From Verrucomicrobiota bacterium (GTDB lineage Bacteria > Verrucomicrobiota > Verrucomicrobiia > Limisphaerales > CANJSG01), in contig JBBQXJ010000110.1 in NCBI GenBank assembly GCA_038209745.1, positions 1 to 11,895 of the forward strand: DNA of 11,895 bases. The letters are read 5' to 3'. The notes under the pieces are model-generated. The model was not told where the DNA came from, did not search any database, and saw nothing but the letters and a program-made list of their open reading frames with translations. Position numbers and translations under genes: made by a program. Positions 1-6,836 of this stretch are shown one piece after another; position 1 is the stretch's first letter, and each line of letters begins with the position of its first letter.

Positions 1-132
1 GGGCTCAACAGTGTTTTCAGCGCCGTGAAGCGCAAAGCGCGCGGCTATCGCAGCAGCGTCCACATGATCGCCATGCTCTACTTCGTCGCCGGCAAACTTG
101 CTATACCCACCCTCCCCAGCCACCGAAAGTAG
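1..132 (+). CDS. ISL3-family transposase, C-terminal fragment
   Basis: Not in the ORF track. Frame 1 translates to GLNSVFSAVKRKARGYRSSVHMIAMLYFVAGKLAIPTLPSHRK* (TAG 130-132). The (E)GxN...KRxARGYR motif is the characteristic ISL3 DDE transposase C-terminus. Confidence 0.9.
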   Translation, partial: GLNSVFSAVKRKARGYRSSVHMIAMLYFVAGKLAIPTLPSHRK

Positions 133-556
133 CGAGGAACCTGAAAAAGCCGCCACGACGGCTTCCAGGCCGGTCGCCGCAGCAAAACCAGAGGCACCCC
201 CGGTTGCGGTTGTTACTCGGGCGAAGCAACCCGCCGCCCTGCTCGAAGACCCCGCCAAAGACGGAAAAGCGAGACAGGTTTCCTTCGAGCATTTCAGCCC
301 GGATGCAGGCGAGGTCTTTCTTGTCGGCAGCTTCAACAACTGGGATTCCAAGGCCGCTCCGCTCAAGAAAGGGCGGGGGGGGAAATGGACCGCCGAGCTC
401 CTCCTGAAGCCCGGTCATTACGAATACCGGTTCGTCGTGGACGGCCGATGGCAGGACGACCCGAGGGCCGCCCGCTTCGTCGCGAATCCTTTCGGCGAAT
501 TGAACTGCGTCGTCGAGGTCGAGTCCGCCGGAGAGAAGGCTGCCAGAAATAGTTGA
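98..556 (+). CDS. Glycogen-binding (CBM48 / AMPK1_CBM-like, isoamylase early-set) domain protein, 5'-truncated by ISL3; native sequence starts at 142
   Basis: Domain signature EVFLVGSFNNW...W...L.PG.YEYRFVVDGRWQDDP...NPFG..N is intact and follows an Ala/Pro/Lys linker. The only start upstream of the domain (TTG 98) lies inside the IS; there is no in-frame ATG or GTG in the native linker. Confidence 0.85.
   Translation: MLYPPSPATESSEEPEKAATTASRPVAAAKPEAPPVAVVTRAKQPAALLEDPAKDGKARQVSFEHFSPDAGEVFLVGSFNNWDSKAAPLKKGRGGKWTAELLLKPGHYEYRFVVDGRWQDDPRAARFVANPFGELNCVVEVESAGEKAARNS
117..141 (-). repeat. ISL3 right terminal inverted repeat (IRR), 25 bp
   Basis: Reverse complement GGTTCCTCGCTACTTTCGGTGGCTG versus GGTTCCTCGCTGATTGCAGTGGCTG at 11756-11780: 21/25 identical. 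Confidence 0.9.
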
Positions 557-587
557 GCTCCACTGGCGCCGTCACAGTGGGTGAACC

Positions 588-945
588 TTACCGTACCAAA
601 GATCGCTCTGGTCTTGATGGTGGCGGCGGCTCGGGAGCTGAGCTTCTCCTTTGGGCGTGCCTTGCAGGCGCTGGCGTCCTGCATCTCCGTGGCGAACCGG
701 GTCCAACCGCCGGGTCCGGGGAAGTAGTGCAACGCCGCCGGATCGCCCTCGGTTCTTTGGAGCGAAAGGCGGTTCCGGTCGCGGTGTTCGGACCGGAGCT
801 GTTCCTCGAAGAGCGAATACAGCTCCACGGCCGAAGCATCGGGGTCTTCCGTGTGCCGGATGGCGAGCTTGGCTTCCTGTTGGAAGCGTTCGTGGTCGAG
901 GCCACGGTTCGCGAAGCGAACAACGACACCTTGGGCAACCCTCTC
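588..945 (-). pseudogene. Possible remnant of a small uncharacterised gene (boundaries uncertain)
   Basis: The frame of ORF 418..828 is open from about 1020. It reads VVVRFANRGLDHERFQQEAKLAIRHTEDPDASAVELYSLFEEQLRSEHRDRNRLSLQRTEGDPAALHYFPGPGGWTRFATEMQD, which is protein-like with G/C-ending codons. It has no ATG upstream of this stretch and no stop before it runs into the convergent CBM gene. Confidence 0.3.
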
Positions 946-986
946 TGGCGGCTTGGGAAGCCCACCTGTTTCCGCTTCATTTCCGT

Positions 987-1003
987 TGGCATGGCGCGTG
1001 CCT
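987..1003. promoter_or_regulatory. Candidate sigma54 (-24/-12) promoter motif, readable on both strands
   Basis: Plus strand TGGCATGGCGCGTGC (987-1001) and minus strand AGGCACGCGCCATGC (1003-989). Both have the GG-N10-GC spacing of the TGGCACG-N4-TTGC consensus and lie outside confident CDSs. Confidence 0.35.
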
Positions 1004-1024
1004 TGGTTGGCGTTTCGAGTTCAA

Positions 1025-2758
1025 TCAACTCGGTGGCCGGCTCCTTCTGACTATCGACCTGTCCTTTTGTGTTTTTGCTCCTCCTTTTGGAATTCGAAGC
1101 CCGTGTCCGTGGCGGCGGTTGGCCGGCGGCAGTTCGGACTCCATCCGGTGGGCGCTCGGCTGGCGCGCGTAGACCTTGAGCTTCTTGTCCGCCAGGGCGA
1201 ACAGGTCGGCGAATCCGCCGATCGTCTCGGACCCGCCGAGCATCAGGATGCCGTTTGGCTTGAGGGCGTAGTGGAAGGTCGGGATGACCATTTTCTGTAG
1301 GACCGGCCCCATGTAGATGAGGAGATTGCGGCAGCTGACGAGGTCGAGTTTGGAGAACGGCGGATCCTTGGTCACGTCCTGGCGGGCGAAGACACACAGG
1401 TCCCGGATCGACTTGCTGACCTGCCAGCCGTTCTCGTTTTTCACGAAGAACCGCCGCCGCCGCGCCGCCGAGACGTCGGACGTGATGCTTTCCGGATAGA
1501 TGCCCAGCCGCGCGTACTCGATCGCCCGGTCGCTGATGTCCGTCGCGAAGATCTGCACCGGGACGCCCGACTGCGTCCCTCCGAGGATCTCCATCAGGAC
1601 GATGGCGAGCGAGTAGGCTTCTTCGCCCGTGGCACAGGCGGGGACCCAGATCCGGAGCGGGGTCTGGGGTGGCCGGTTCTTCAACAGCTTGGGGAAGATC
1701 TTTTTCTTCAACGTCTCGAACGTCTCCGGGTCGCGGAAGAAGCTCGTCACGTTGATCAGCAGTTCCAGGTAGAGCGCGTCCGCCTCGGAGGGTGTCTGCT
1801 TGAGGAAGCGGACGTAGTGGGCGAGGGACTCGATCTTGTGCAGCAGCATGCGTCGGGAGATCCGCCGCTTGAGCGTGGCGGGCTTATAGAAGGTGAAGTC
1901 CACGCCCGTCGCCGACCGCAGCAGGATGAAGACCTTGTCGAGATCGGCGGCGGTCTCCGGCAGCGGATCTTCCGCCAGCGCAGCCTTTCGCGGGGCGACG
2001 TCGGGATGCCGGCCGAGCCGGGCCAGCTCGGCGGCGATCTTCTCCGGTGCCAGCACTAAATCCACCACGCCCGCCGAGATCGCGCCGTGGGGCATGCCGT
2101 CATACTTCGCCGACTTCCGGTCCTGGGCGAAGGTCAGCCCGCCCTCGGCCTTGATCGCCTTGAGCCCCTCCGTGCCGTCCGAGGCCGTGCCCGAAAGGAT
2201 CACGCCGATCGCGTGGCTGCCCTGGTCGTTGGCGAGGGAGCGGAGGAAGAAGTCCACGGGCATGTGCTGCCCGCGCGTCTCCGTCCGGGGCATCAGGCTG
2301 AGCCGCCCGTGCAGCACCGCCATGTTCGTGTTCGGCGGGATCACGTAGACGTGGTTGGCCTCGACCAACATGCCGTCCCGCACCTCGTCGACGGGCAGTC
2401 CCGTGGCCCGGGACAGCAGATCGGCCAGCATGCTCTCGTGCCGTGGATCCAGATGTTGCACGAGGACGAAGGCCATTCCGGTGTCCGTGGGCATCCCGGC
2501 CAGCAGCTGGGTGAACGCCTCCAACCCGCCCGCCGATGCGCCGATCCCGACGATGGCAACCGGACGTGTCGATCTCATCGCGTCGGGCCGCGGAGCGCTG
2601 GCCCTGGTGGCCGGTCGAGGAATCGATTTTCGCGCCGTGCCGGGCGTCTCCTGTTTCTCCCGGGGAGCTCGTCCTTTTCCGGTCGTCGTCTTCGGGCTCA
2701 CCCCGGGAGGTTTGCCCAGTCCGGTCGCCAGAGCAATGGTGCGCGTTCCTCCGGTCAC
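1025..2758 (-). CDS. cheB: CheB methylesterase / CheR methyltransferase fusion protein, apparently 3'-truncated (no PAS, coiled-coil or kinase part)
   Basis: CheB motifs GIGASAGG, VQHL and ILSGTASDG (Ser/His/Asp triad). CheR motifs TSFFRDP, RIWVPACATGEEAYS, ATDIS and DLVSCRNLLIY. GTG 2758 overlaps the upstream TGA (GTGA); alternative starts are GTG 2701 and ATG 2578. The last ~25 aa look non-native. Confidence 0.92.
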   Translation of the reverse strand: MTGGTRTIALATGLGKPPGVSPKTTTGKGRAPREKQETPGTARKSIPRPATRASAPRPDAMRSTRPVAIVGIGASAGGLEAFTQLLAGMPTDTGMAFVLVQHLDPRHESMLADLLSRATGLPVDEVRDGMLVEANHVYVIPPNTNMAVLHGRLSLMPRTETRGQHMPVDFFLRSLANDQGSHAIGVILSGTASDGTEGLKAIKAEGGLTFAQDRKSAKYDGMPHGAISAGVVDLVLAPEKIAAELARLGRHPDVAPRKAALAEDPLPETAADLDKVFILLRSATGVDFTFYKPATLKRRISRRMLLHKIESLAHYVRFLKQTPSEADALYLELLINVTSFFRDPETFETLKKKIFPKLLKNRPPQTPLRIWVPACATGEEAYSLAIVLMEILGGTQSGVPVQIFATDISDRAIEYARLGIYPESITSDVSAARRRRFFVKNENGWQVSKSIRDLCVFARQDVTKDPPFSKLDLVSCRNLLIYMGPVLQKMVIPTFHYALKPNGILMLGGSETIGGFADLFALADKKLKVYARQPSAHRMESELPPANRRHGHGLRIPKGGAKTQKDRSIVRRSRPPS

Positions 2759-3306
2759 GTCGATTTTAGCGTGCGGTTCCGTTGGTCCGTCGACGACCCT
2801 CCGACCCCATGTTTGAACGCCCCTTTGAAACGGGTCAGCAACTGGACCCCGGCCTCACAGGCGATTTGGATTACGCGCCGATCGGGATCCAGCAGCAGTT
2901 CCTTCGCCCTCCCGATCCGCACCTGGGAGACACGCTCCGTGAAATCGATCCCGTTGGTCTTTTGGAAAAGCGTGCAGAAGGAGAAGACGCTCGTGTGGAC
3001 CCCCTCCGCGATCTGGCCCAAGGAAAGGTCCTCGGTGCGGTGGTCCTTGAGGGACTTCTTGGCCTTGGTCGCCGCCGGGTGGTTTGCCGTTCGCCATCCG
3101 GACCGCGATCGGGTTGCGCGTCAGCGAAAGGGACCCGCGAAGATCGTGAGCAGGCTTTCCACCGAATTCATTTTCTTCGGCGAAGCGACCGGTGTCCGGA
3201 AGAAGGCGTTCCGCGCCTCGGCCTCGTCCAGATCGACGCCGAGCCCGCTCGGTGTCCCGGTCGCGCGGTCGAACGTCTCCACCGTGGGCGCCTGATGGAC
3301 GAGCCA
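2755..3306 (-). pseudogene. AraC-family transcriptional regulator pseudogene (probably PocR-sensor type), 5'-deleted and frameshifted
   Basis: Three pieces can be joined. First ...LGVDLDEAEARNAFFRTPVASPKKMNSVESLLTIFA, then after a 1-bp loss near 3132 LSLTRNPIAVRMANGKPP, then after a 1-bp gain near 3076 ATKAKKSLKDHRTEDLSLGQIAEGVHTSVFSFCTLFQKTNGIDFTERVSQVRIGRAKELLLDPDRRVIQIACEAGVQLLTRFKGAFKHGVGGSSTDQR. The last piece is a degenerate AraC double HTH. There is an in-frame TGA at 3121-3123. Confidence 0.85.
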
Positions 3307-3591
3307 CTAGGAGGCGAAGCCGAAGCGGAACTTTTCTTCCTCCGGCTTGATGCCGAGAGATGCGCAGATGCACTTCGACGCCATCTGCCCGGCCGCGGTC
3401 TTCACGATGCGGTCGAAGTCCTTCTTCGGAAGATCCACCCCGTCGTGCTTGATGGCGTTGATGGCGTAGCCGCGTTCCAGCAGCTCCTCGACGAAGTCGT
3501 CGCACGCGACCGGGTCGTCCGTGGAGTAGTGGTTGGCCTGCGCGTGTTTCCTGAACTTCGCGGTATATTCGACTTTGTATTTCGGGAGCAT
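3307..3591 (-). CDS. Hypothetical protein, 94 aa
   Basis: ATG start, strong G/C third-position bias and globular composition (MLPKYKVEYTAKF...EEEKFRFGFAS). Co-oriented 22 bp downstream of the 103-aa gene. No family recognised. Confidence 0.85.
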   Translation of the reverse strand: MLPKYKVEYTAKFRKHAQANHYSTDDPVACDDFVEELLERGYAINAIKHDGVDLPKKDFDRIVKTAAGQMASKCICASLGIKPEEEKFRFGFAS

Positions 3592-3613
3592 GGCGGTGCC
3601 TTTCGCTTGAGCG

Positions 3614-3925
3614 TTAGAGTTGATGGAGTGGCGGGGCCGAGTCGCGGACCCGCCTTACCCAGCGATGAAAAATATCCCGGGCCATCTCGCCGGTTTCCTC
3701 CGGTCCCACGCTTTCACTCACCGTCTCCGTCTTGGGGAGCCAGTCCGCCGGGAAGTGCTTTTCCTTGGTCAGGAGGTCCGTGTTCCGCAGGAACGCCTCG
3801 AGCGTCACGAACAGGTGCCCGGTGTCCTCGTCATAGGTCGCATTCGCCGATGCGCACACTTCACGCTCTCCGTCCGGAGTCGTGGTCAGGCCGAGGGTTT
3901 CGCTGGTATCGATGACTCGTTTCAT
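3614..3925 (-). CDS. Hypothetical protein, 103 aa
   Basis: ATG start and acidic globular composition (MKRVIDTSETLG...ARDIFHRWVRRVRD). Codon usage matches neighbours and it fills the gap cleanly. No family recognised. Confidence 0.8.
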   Translation of the reverse strand: MKRVIDTSETLGLTTTPDGEREVCASANATYDEDTGHLFVTLEAFLRNTDLLTKEKHFPADWLPKTETVSESVGPEETGEMARDIFHRWVRRVRDSAPPLHQL

Positions 3926-4022
3926 CTTTCCCGGTCATTTTGCCTCCGGGAAGGCCCCTTTGCTTAACATGGCTTGGGAACGACTCTCCCGATCTTGGAG
4001 TCCTCCCTTCAGCGGATCGGGA

Positions 4023-4766
4023 TCAGTAGCCGGGCGAGAGCCGGAGGGAAGCCGCTTCCAGGATCAGGGTGCCGTCTTCCAGCCGAAGGCGTCCGTCGAC
4101 CTCCACCACGCGGGCGGCCCATTCGACGTCGAAGCCGGCCGGCCGACCGTTTTCGCCCGTCAACATCACGACCACTCCGTTCCCCTCGCGGTCGCGGACG
4201 AGCAATCCGGGCGGCACGCCGCCGCTGAGGCAGCGTACGGCGCACGCGCGATGGATCTTGCCGGTCGCGGGACGCATCACGCCGAAGTAGCACTTCGTGT
4301 CCACGAGTTCTCCGGTCAAAAACACGGTGCCAAGCGGCTCGGTCTTACTTGCCGGAGCCGCCGATTCTCCCGTCAGAACCATGAACGACGACGGGTCGTT
4401 CATCTCGATCATCCGCGCGGCGCCCTTCTGGATGAGCGTGCCGCTGAACCGGACGGAGCGACCTCCATGACCGCGGGCAAACGCCGGCAGCCCGTGTTTG
4501 CCGGCACCGACGATGAGAAAGTTCGTCACGGCTCCGCCGGGTCCCGACACACGCAGGCGCGGCAGCGGACTCTCCAGCAGGATCCCTTCAAAGCTCCGTT
4601 GGGTGCCGAACTCGAAGACCCCGGGCTCGGCCGGCATTTGTCGCGCCGCCACCAGGGCGAGCATCACCATCACCGCGACGGCGAGCGCGCCCACCATCCG
4701 ACGGGTATGCTTGGCCAGACCGGGAGGGCTTTTGCTCAAATAACCGACGTAGAATTCGTCGCTCAT
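4023..4766 (-). CDS. Uncharacterised membrane-anchored protein, 247 aa, with a C-x12-H-x2-C-x3-C motif
   Basis: Start reassigned to ATG 4766 (MSDEFYVGY), which gives an ATGA overlap with the upstream stop. One N-terminal hydrophobic helix (MVGALAVAVMVMLALVAA) follows basic residues. The soluble part is beta-rich and contains GELVDTKCYFGVMRPATGKIHRACAVRCLSGGVPP. Confidence 0.85.
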   Translation of the reverse strand: MSDEFYVGYLSKSPPGLAKHTRRMVGALAVAVMVMLALVAARQMPAEPGVFEFGTQRSFEGILLESPLPRLRVSGPGGAVTNFLIVGAGKHGLPAFARGHGGRSVRFSGTLIQKGAARMIEMNDPSSFMVLTGESAAPASKTEPLGTVFLTGELVDTKCYFGVMRPATGKIHRACAVRCLSGGVPPGLLVRDREGNGVVVMLTGENGRPAGFDVEWAARVVEVDGRLRLEDGTLILEAASLRLSPGY

Positions 4767-5860
4767 GGTTGCTGCCTCGGGTCGCCTTGCGACGGAGAGT
4801 CGGCGGTGATCGCGGAGCCGCTGCATCGGTGGCCGGAGGGATTGGGTTCACGTCGCACCCAGACGTGGTCTCCGACGATCCGGGTGTCGAAAGTGGGGAG
4901 CACCTCCTTGAAGGGCGGGGGACTGCAGCCGTCTTCGGGCCGGTAGTTCCAGCCGTGCCAAGGACAGGTGATGCAGCCGTCGATGATCCGGCCTTCTCCG
5001 ACCGGGCCGCCCTGATGGCGACAGACATTGGACGTGGCGAAGATCCGCCCCAGATGACGAAAAACGGCGACCCGCTTTCCTGCGACCATGACCGATCGGC
5101 CCCGGCCTTCGGCGATCTCGTCGACTCGACACGCTTCGGCGAAATCATCTTGGTCTACCGGCAGTTGGGCGGAGTCCTGGCGGGATTCCTTTCGGGCCGC
5201 CGCGAGATGGAGTCCGGCGACAAGCAGGAAACCGAGACCCAACAAGAGCGGATACACGGGGCTTCGTTCCGACTGAAGTGCGCCCAGCGAGACGTGCGCC
5301 AACACCAGTCCATAGGCCGCGTAGACGCCGAGATGCAGCAGTTTCCAGAACGACGCGCCAAGATTGCGCAGCCAGAAGTCGTGGCTGGTCGCCGCCATGA
5401 AGAAGAGAACCACCAAAGCAAAGAAGCCGAACGGCTCGAACGGGAAATGCGGAAGATTGACCCGGCCAAGATCGGACAGCCGGTAGTCGCGTCGATAGGC
5501 CGTGAAGAGGCTGACCAGCGGGTTTTCATCGCCCAAGGCGTGGAACTGGATCGTGGCAAACCCGCCGTGGACGAGCGCGAGCAGGAACAGGGTCACGCCG
5601 AGGTGGCGGCGATTGTAGAGCAGGGGGAGGAACCGCGCGTCGAGTCGCGCCAATGGACCGATGCAGAGGACGACGTGGAGCAGCACCAACGCCGTGACCG
5701 ACGTGGACCGGATGACGAGCGTTTCCGCCGTCAGGTTCGGCGATACGAACAGGCTCACACCGATGAACAGCGCGACCGCCAGAAGCAGCAGCCCCACGAG
5801 AGCCAGATCGTAGAGGCGCTTCTGTCGGTTCCAGTCGATGGCCCGGTAGGAATGGGACAT
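4763..5860 (-). CDS. Ferric reductase-like (MsrQ-type) heme-b transmembrane domain fused to a C-terminal Rieske [2Fe-2S] domain
   Basis: About six hydrophobic helices with YNRRHLGV, ALVHG, ATS and WKLLHLGVY...LAH (candidate heme-ligand His residues). Rieske boxes CRHQGGP and CPWHGWNY. Confidence 0.92.
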   Translation of the reverse strand: MSHSYRAIDWNRQKRLYDLALVGLLLLAVALFIGVSLFVSPNLTAETLVIRSTSVTALVLLHVVLCIGPLARLDARFLPLLYNRRHLGVTLFLLALVHGGFATIQFHALGDENPLVSLFTAYRRDYRLSDLGRVNLPHFPFEPFGFFALVVLFFMAATSHDFWLRNLGASFWKLLHLGVYAAYGLVLAHVSLGALQSERSPVYPLLLGLGFLLVAGLHLAAARKESRQDSAQLPVDQDDFAEACRVDEIAEGRGRSVMVAGKRVAVFRHLGRIFATSNVCRHQGGPVGEGRIIDGCITCPWHGWNYRPEDGCSPPPFKEVLPTFDTRIVGDHVWVRREPNPSGHRCSGSAITADSPSQGDPRQQP

Positions 5861-5866
5861 GGCGGA

Positions 5867-6259
5867 TCAGCGGTTTTCGGACGGGGCGTCCGGCAGGGTT
5901 TCGCGCGGAGTGGTCGCGGGTGGACGCCACCAGAGCGCCGCCGCGACCAGGATCGGGATCAGCACGGCCAGGAGCTTGAACGCGAGTCCGTGGAGCCGAC
6001 GGAGGCGCTCCGGCGCCACGGGACGTTCGGGATCGCCAAGGAGGTTTTTTCCCTGTCGCTGGCGGACACGCTTCAGCCAGAGGAGCGGCCAGAGCGCGAT
6101 GATTCCCGGGGTGATGAGCAGGCGGAATCCAAGGCCGGCGCCCTGAGTGCCGGCGTCCATGGCTTTCAGGCCGGTGGAGTGGAACCACACCGCGAACACC
6201 GCGCCGCAGCCGAGATAGATTCCCGTCAACGCGAGCAGGGCTTCGACGATGGGCTTCAC
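5867..6259 (-). CDS. Small integral membrane protein of unknown function, 130 aa
   Basis: GTG start and three hydrophobic segments (LLALTGIYLGCGAVFAVWF, FRLLITPGIIALWPLLW, LAFKLLAVLIPILVAAALWW). Gaps to co-oriented neighbours are 19 bp and 6 bp. Confidence 0.82.
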   Translation of the reverse strand: MKPIVEALLALTGIYLGCGAVFAVWFHSTGLKAMDAGTQGAGLGFRLLITPGIIALWPLLWLKRVRQRQGKNLLGDPERPVAPERLRRLHGLAFKLLAVLIPILVAAALWWRPPATTPRETLPDAPSENR

Positions 6260-6278
6260 TGTTTCAAGACGGGCCGGA

Positions 6279-6836
6279 TCAGGCCGGGCGGAGGCGTTTT
6301 TCGCGGAGGGCTTCGACGAAGCCGACGAAGCCTTCCGCTTGGTCGCGGAGCCGGTTCGGCAGGTCGGGCGAGTTGAATTGACCGCCGGCGTCGAGCAGGC
6401 CGTTGATGCCGGGAAGGAAGACGCGCTTGGGGTAGAGGTGCGCGTTGCGATAGGCGAAGATCGCCGCGAGCTGTTCCACGCTGCGCAGCGCGCCCCAGGC
6501 TCCGGCCGCCAGTCCCACGAAACACACGGGCCGCGCTTCGAAGCTTTCCGGGAACTTCAGATGGTCGATGAACAGCTTCAGCACGCCCGGCATCGAGCCG
6601 TTGTATTCCGGCGTCACCACGACGACGCCCTCGGCTTGGAGCACCGCGTCCGAGAAGGGCGCAAACCTCGCGGGCTTCTCGGCATAGGCTTCGGGCCGGA
6701 ACAGGTCCGAAGGGAGCTCGTGGAGATCCAGCAGCCGGGTCTCGACCCCGAGTTCGCGATAGATCGTTTCGATGACGGCGGAGACCTTGCGGGTGTTGCT
6801 GCCGGGCCGGTTGGTTCCAGAGATGAGCGTGATCAT
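6279..6836 (-). CDS. NAD(P)H-dependent FMN reductase (flavodoxin-like fold, SsuE/ChrR-like), 185 aa
   Basis: Start reassigned to ATG 6836 (MITLISGTNRPGSNT, the FMN phosphate-binding loop). Signature VVTPEYNGSMPGVLKLFID, followed by GAWGALRSVEQL. Confidence 0.92.
   Translation of the reverse strand: MITLISGTNRPGSNTRKVSAVIETIYRELGVETRLLDLHELPSDLFRPEAYAEKPARFAPFSDAVLQAEGVVVVTPEYNGSMPGVLKLFIDHLKFPESFEARPVCFVGLAAGAWGALRSVEQLAAIFAYRNAHLYPKRVFLPGINGLLDAGGQFNSPDLPNRLRDQAEGFVGFVEALREKRLRPA

Larger units (their letters stand above)
1..141 (+). mobile_element. ISL3-family insertion sequence, right end (partial, runs off window)
   Basis: Transposase C-terminus in frame 1 followed by a terminal IR ending ...GAGGAACC at 141. 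Its reverse complement (GGTTCCTCGCT...) matches the sequence starting at 11756. GG-initiated ends are typical of ISL3. Confidence 0.9.

Noticed and set aside
142..149. Possible target-site duplication shared by the two IS ends
   Set aside because: TGAAAAAG (142-149) does not match AGATCACG (11748-11755).
588..1397. ORF 588..1397 (-) as a frameshifted continuation of cheR
   Set aside because: Arg/Pro/Ser-rich translation with no PAS or coiled-coil character, and largely an alternate frame of cheR.
3307..3309. Amber read-through fusing the 94-aa gene to the in-frame AraC remnant
   Set aside because: TAG is an ordinary stop elsewhere in the window (the permease ends canonically at ALRSE-TAG), and the downstream frame hits TGA at 3121-3123 anyway.
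950..3980. Shared 10-mer GGCTTGGGAA at 950-959 and 3971-3980
   Set aside because: A single 10-bp match is expected by chance in 12 kb and there is no further similarity.
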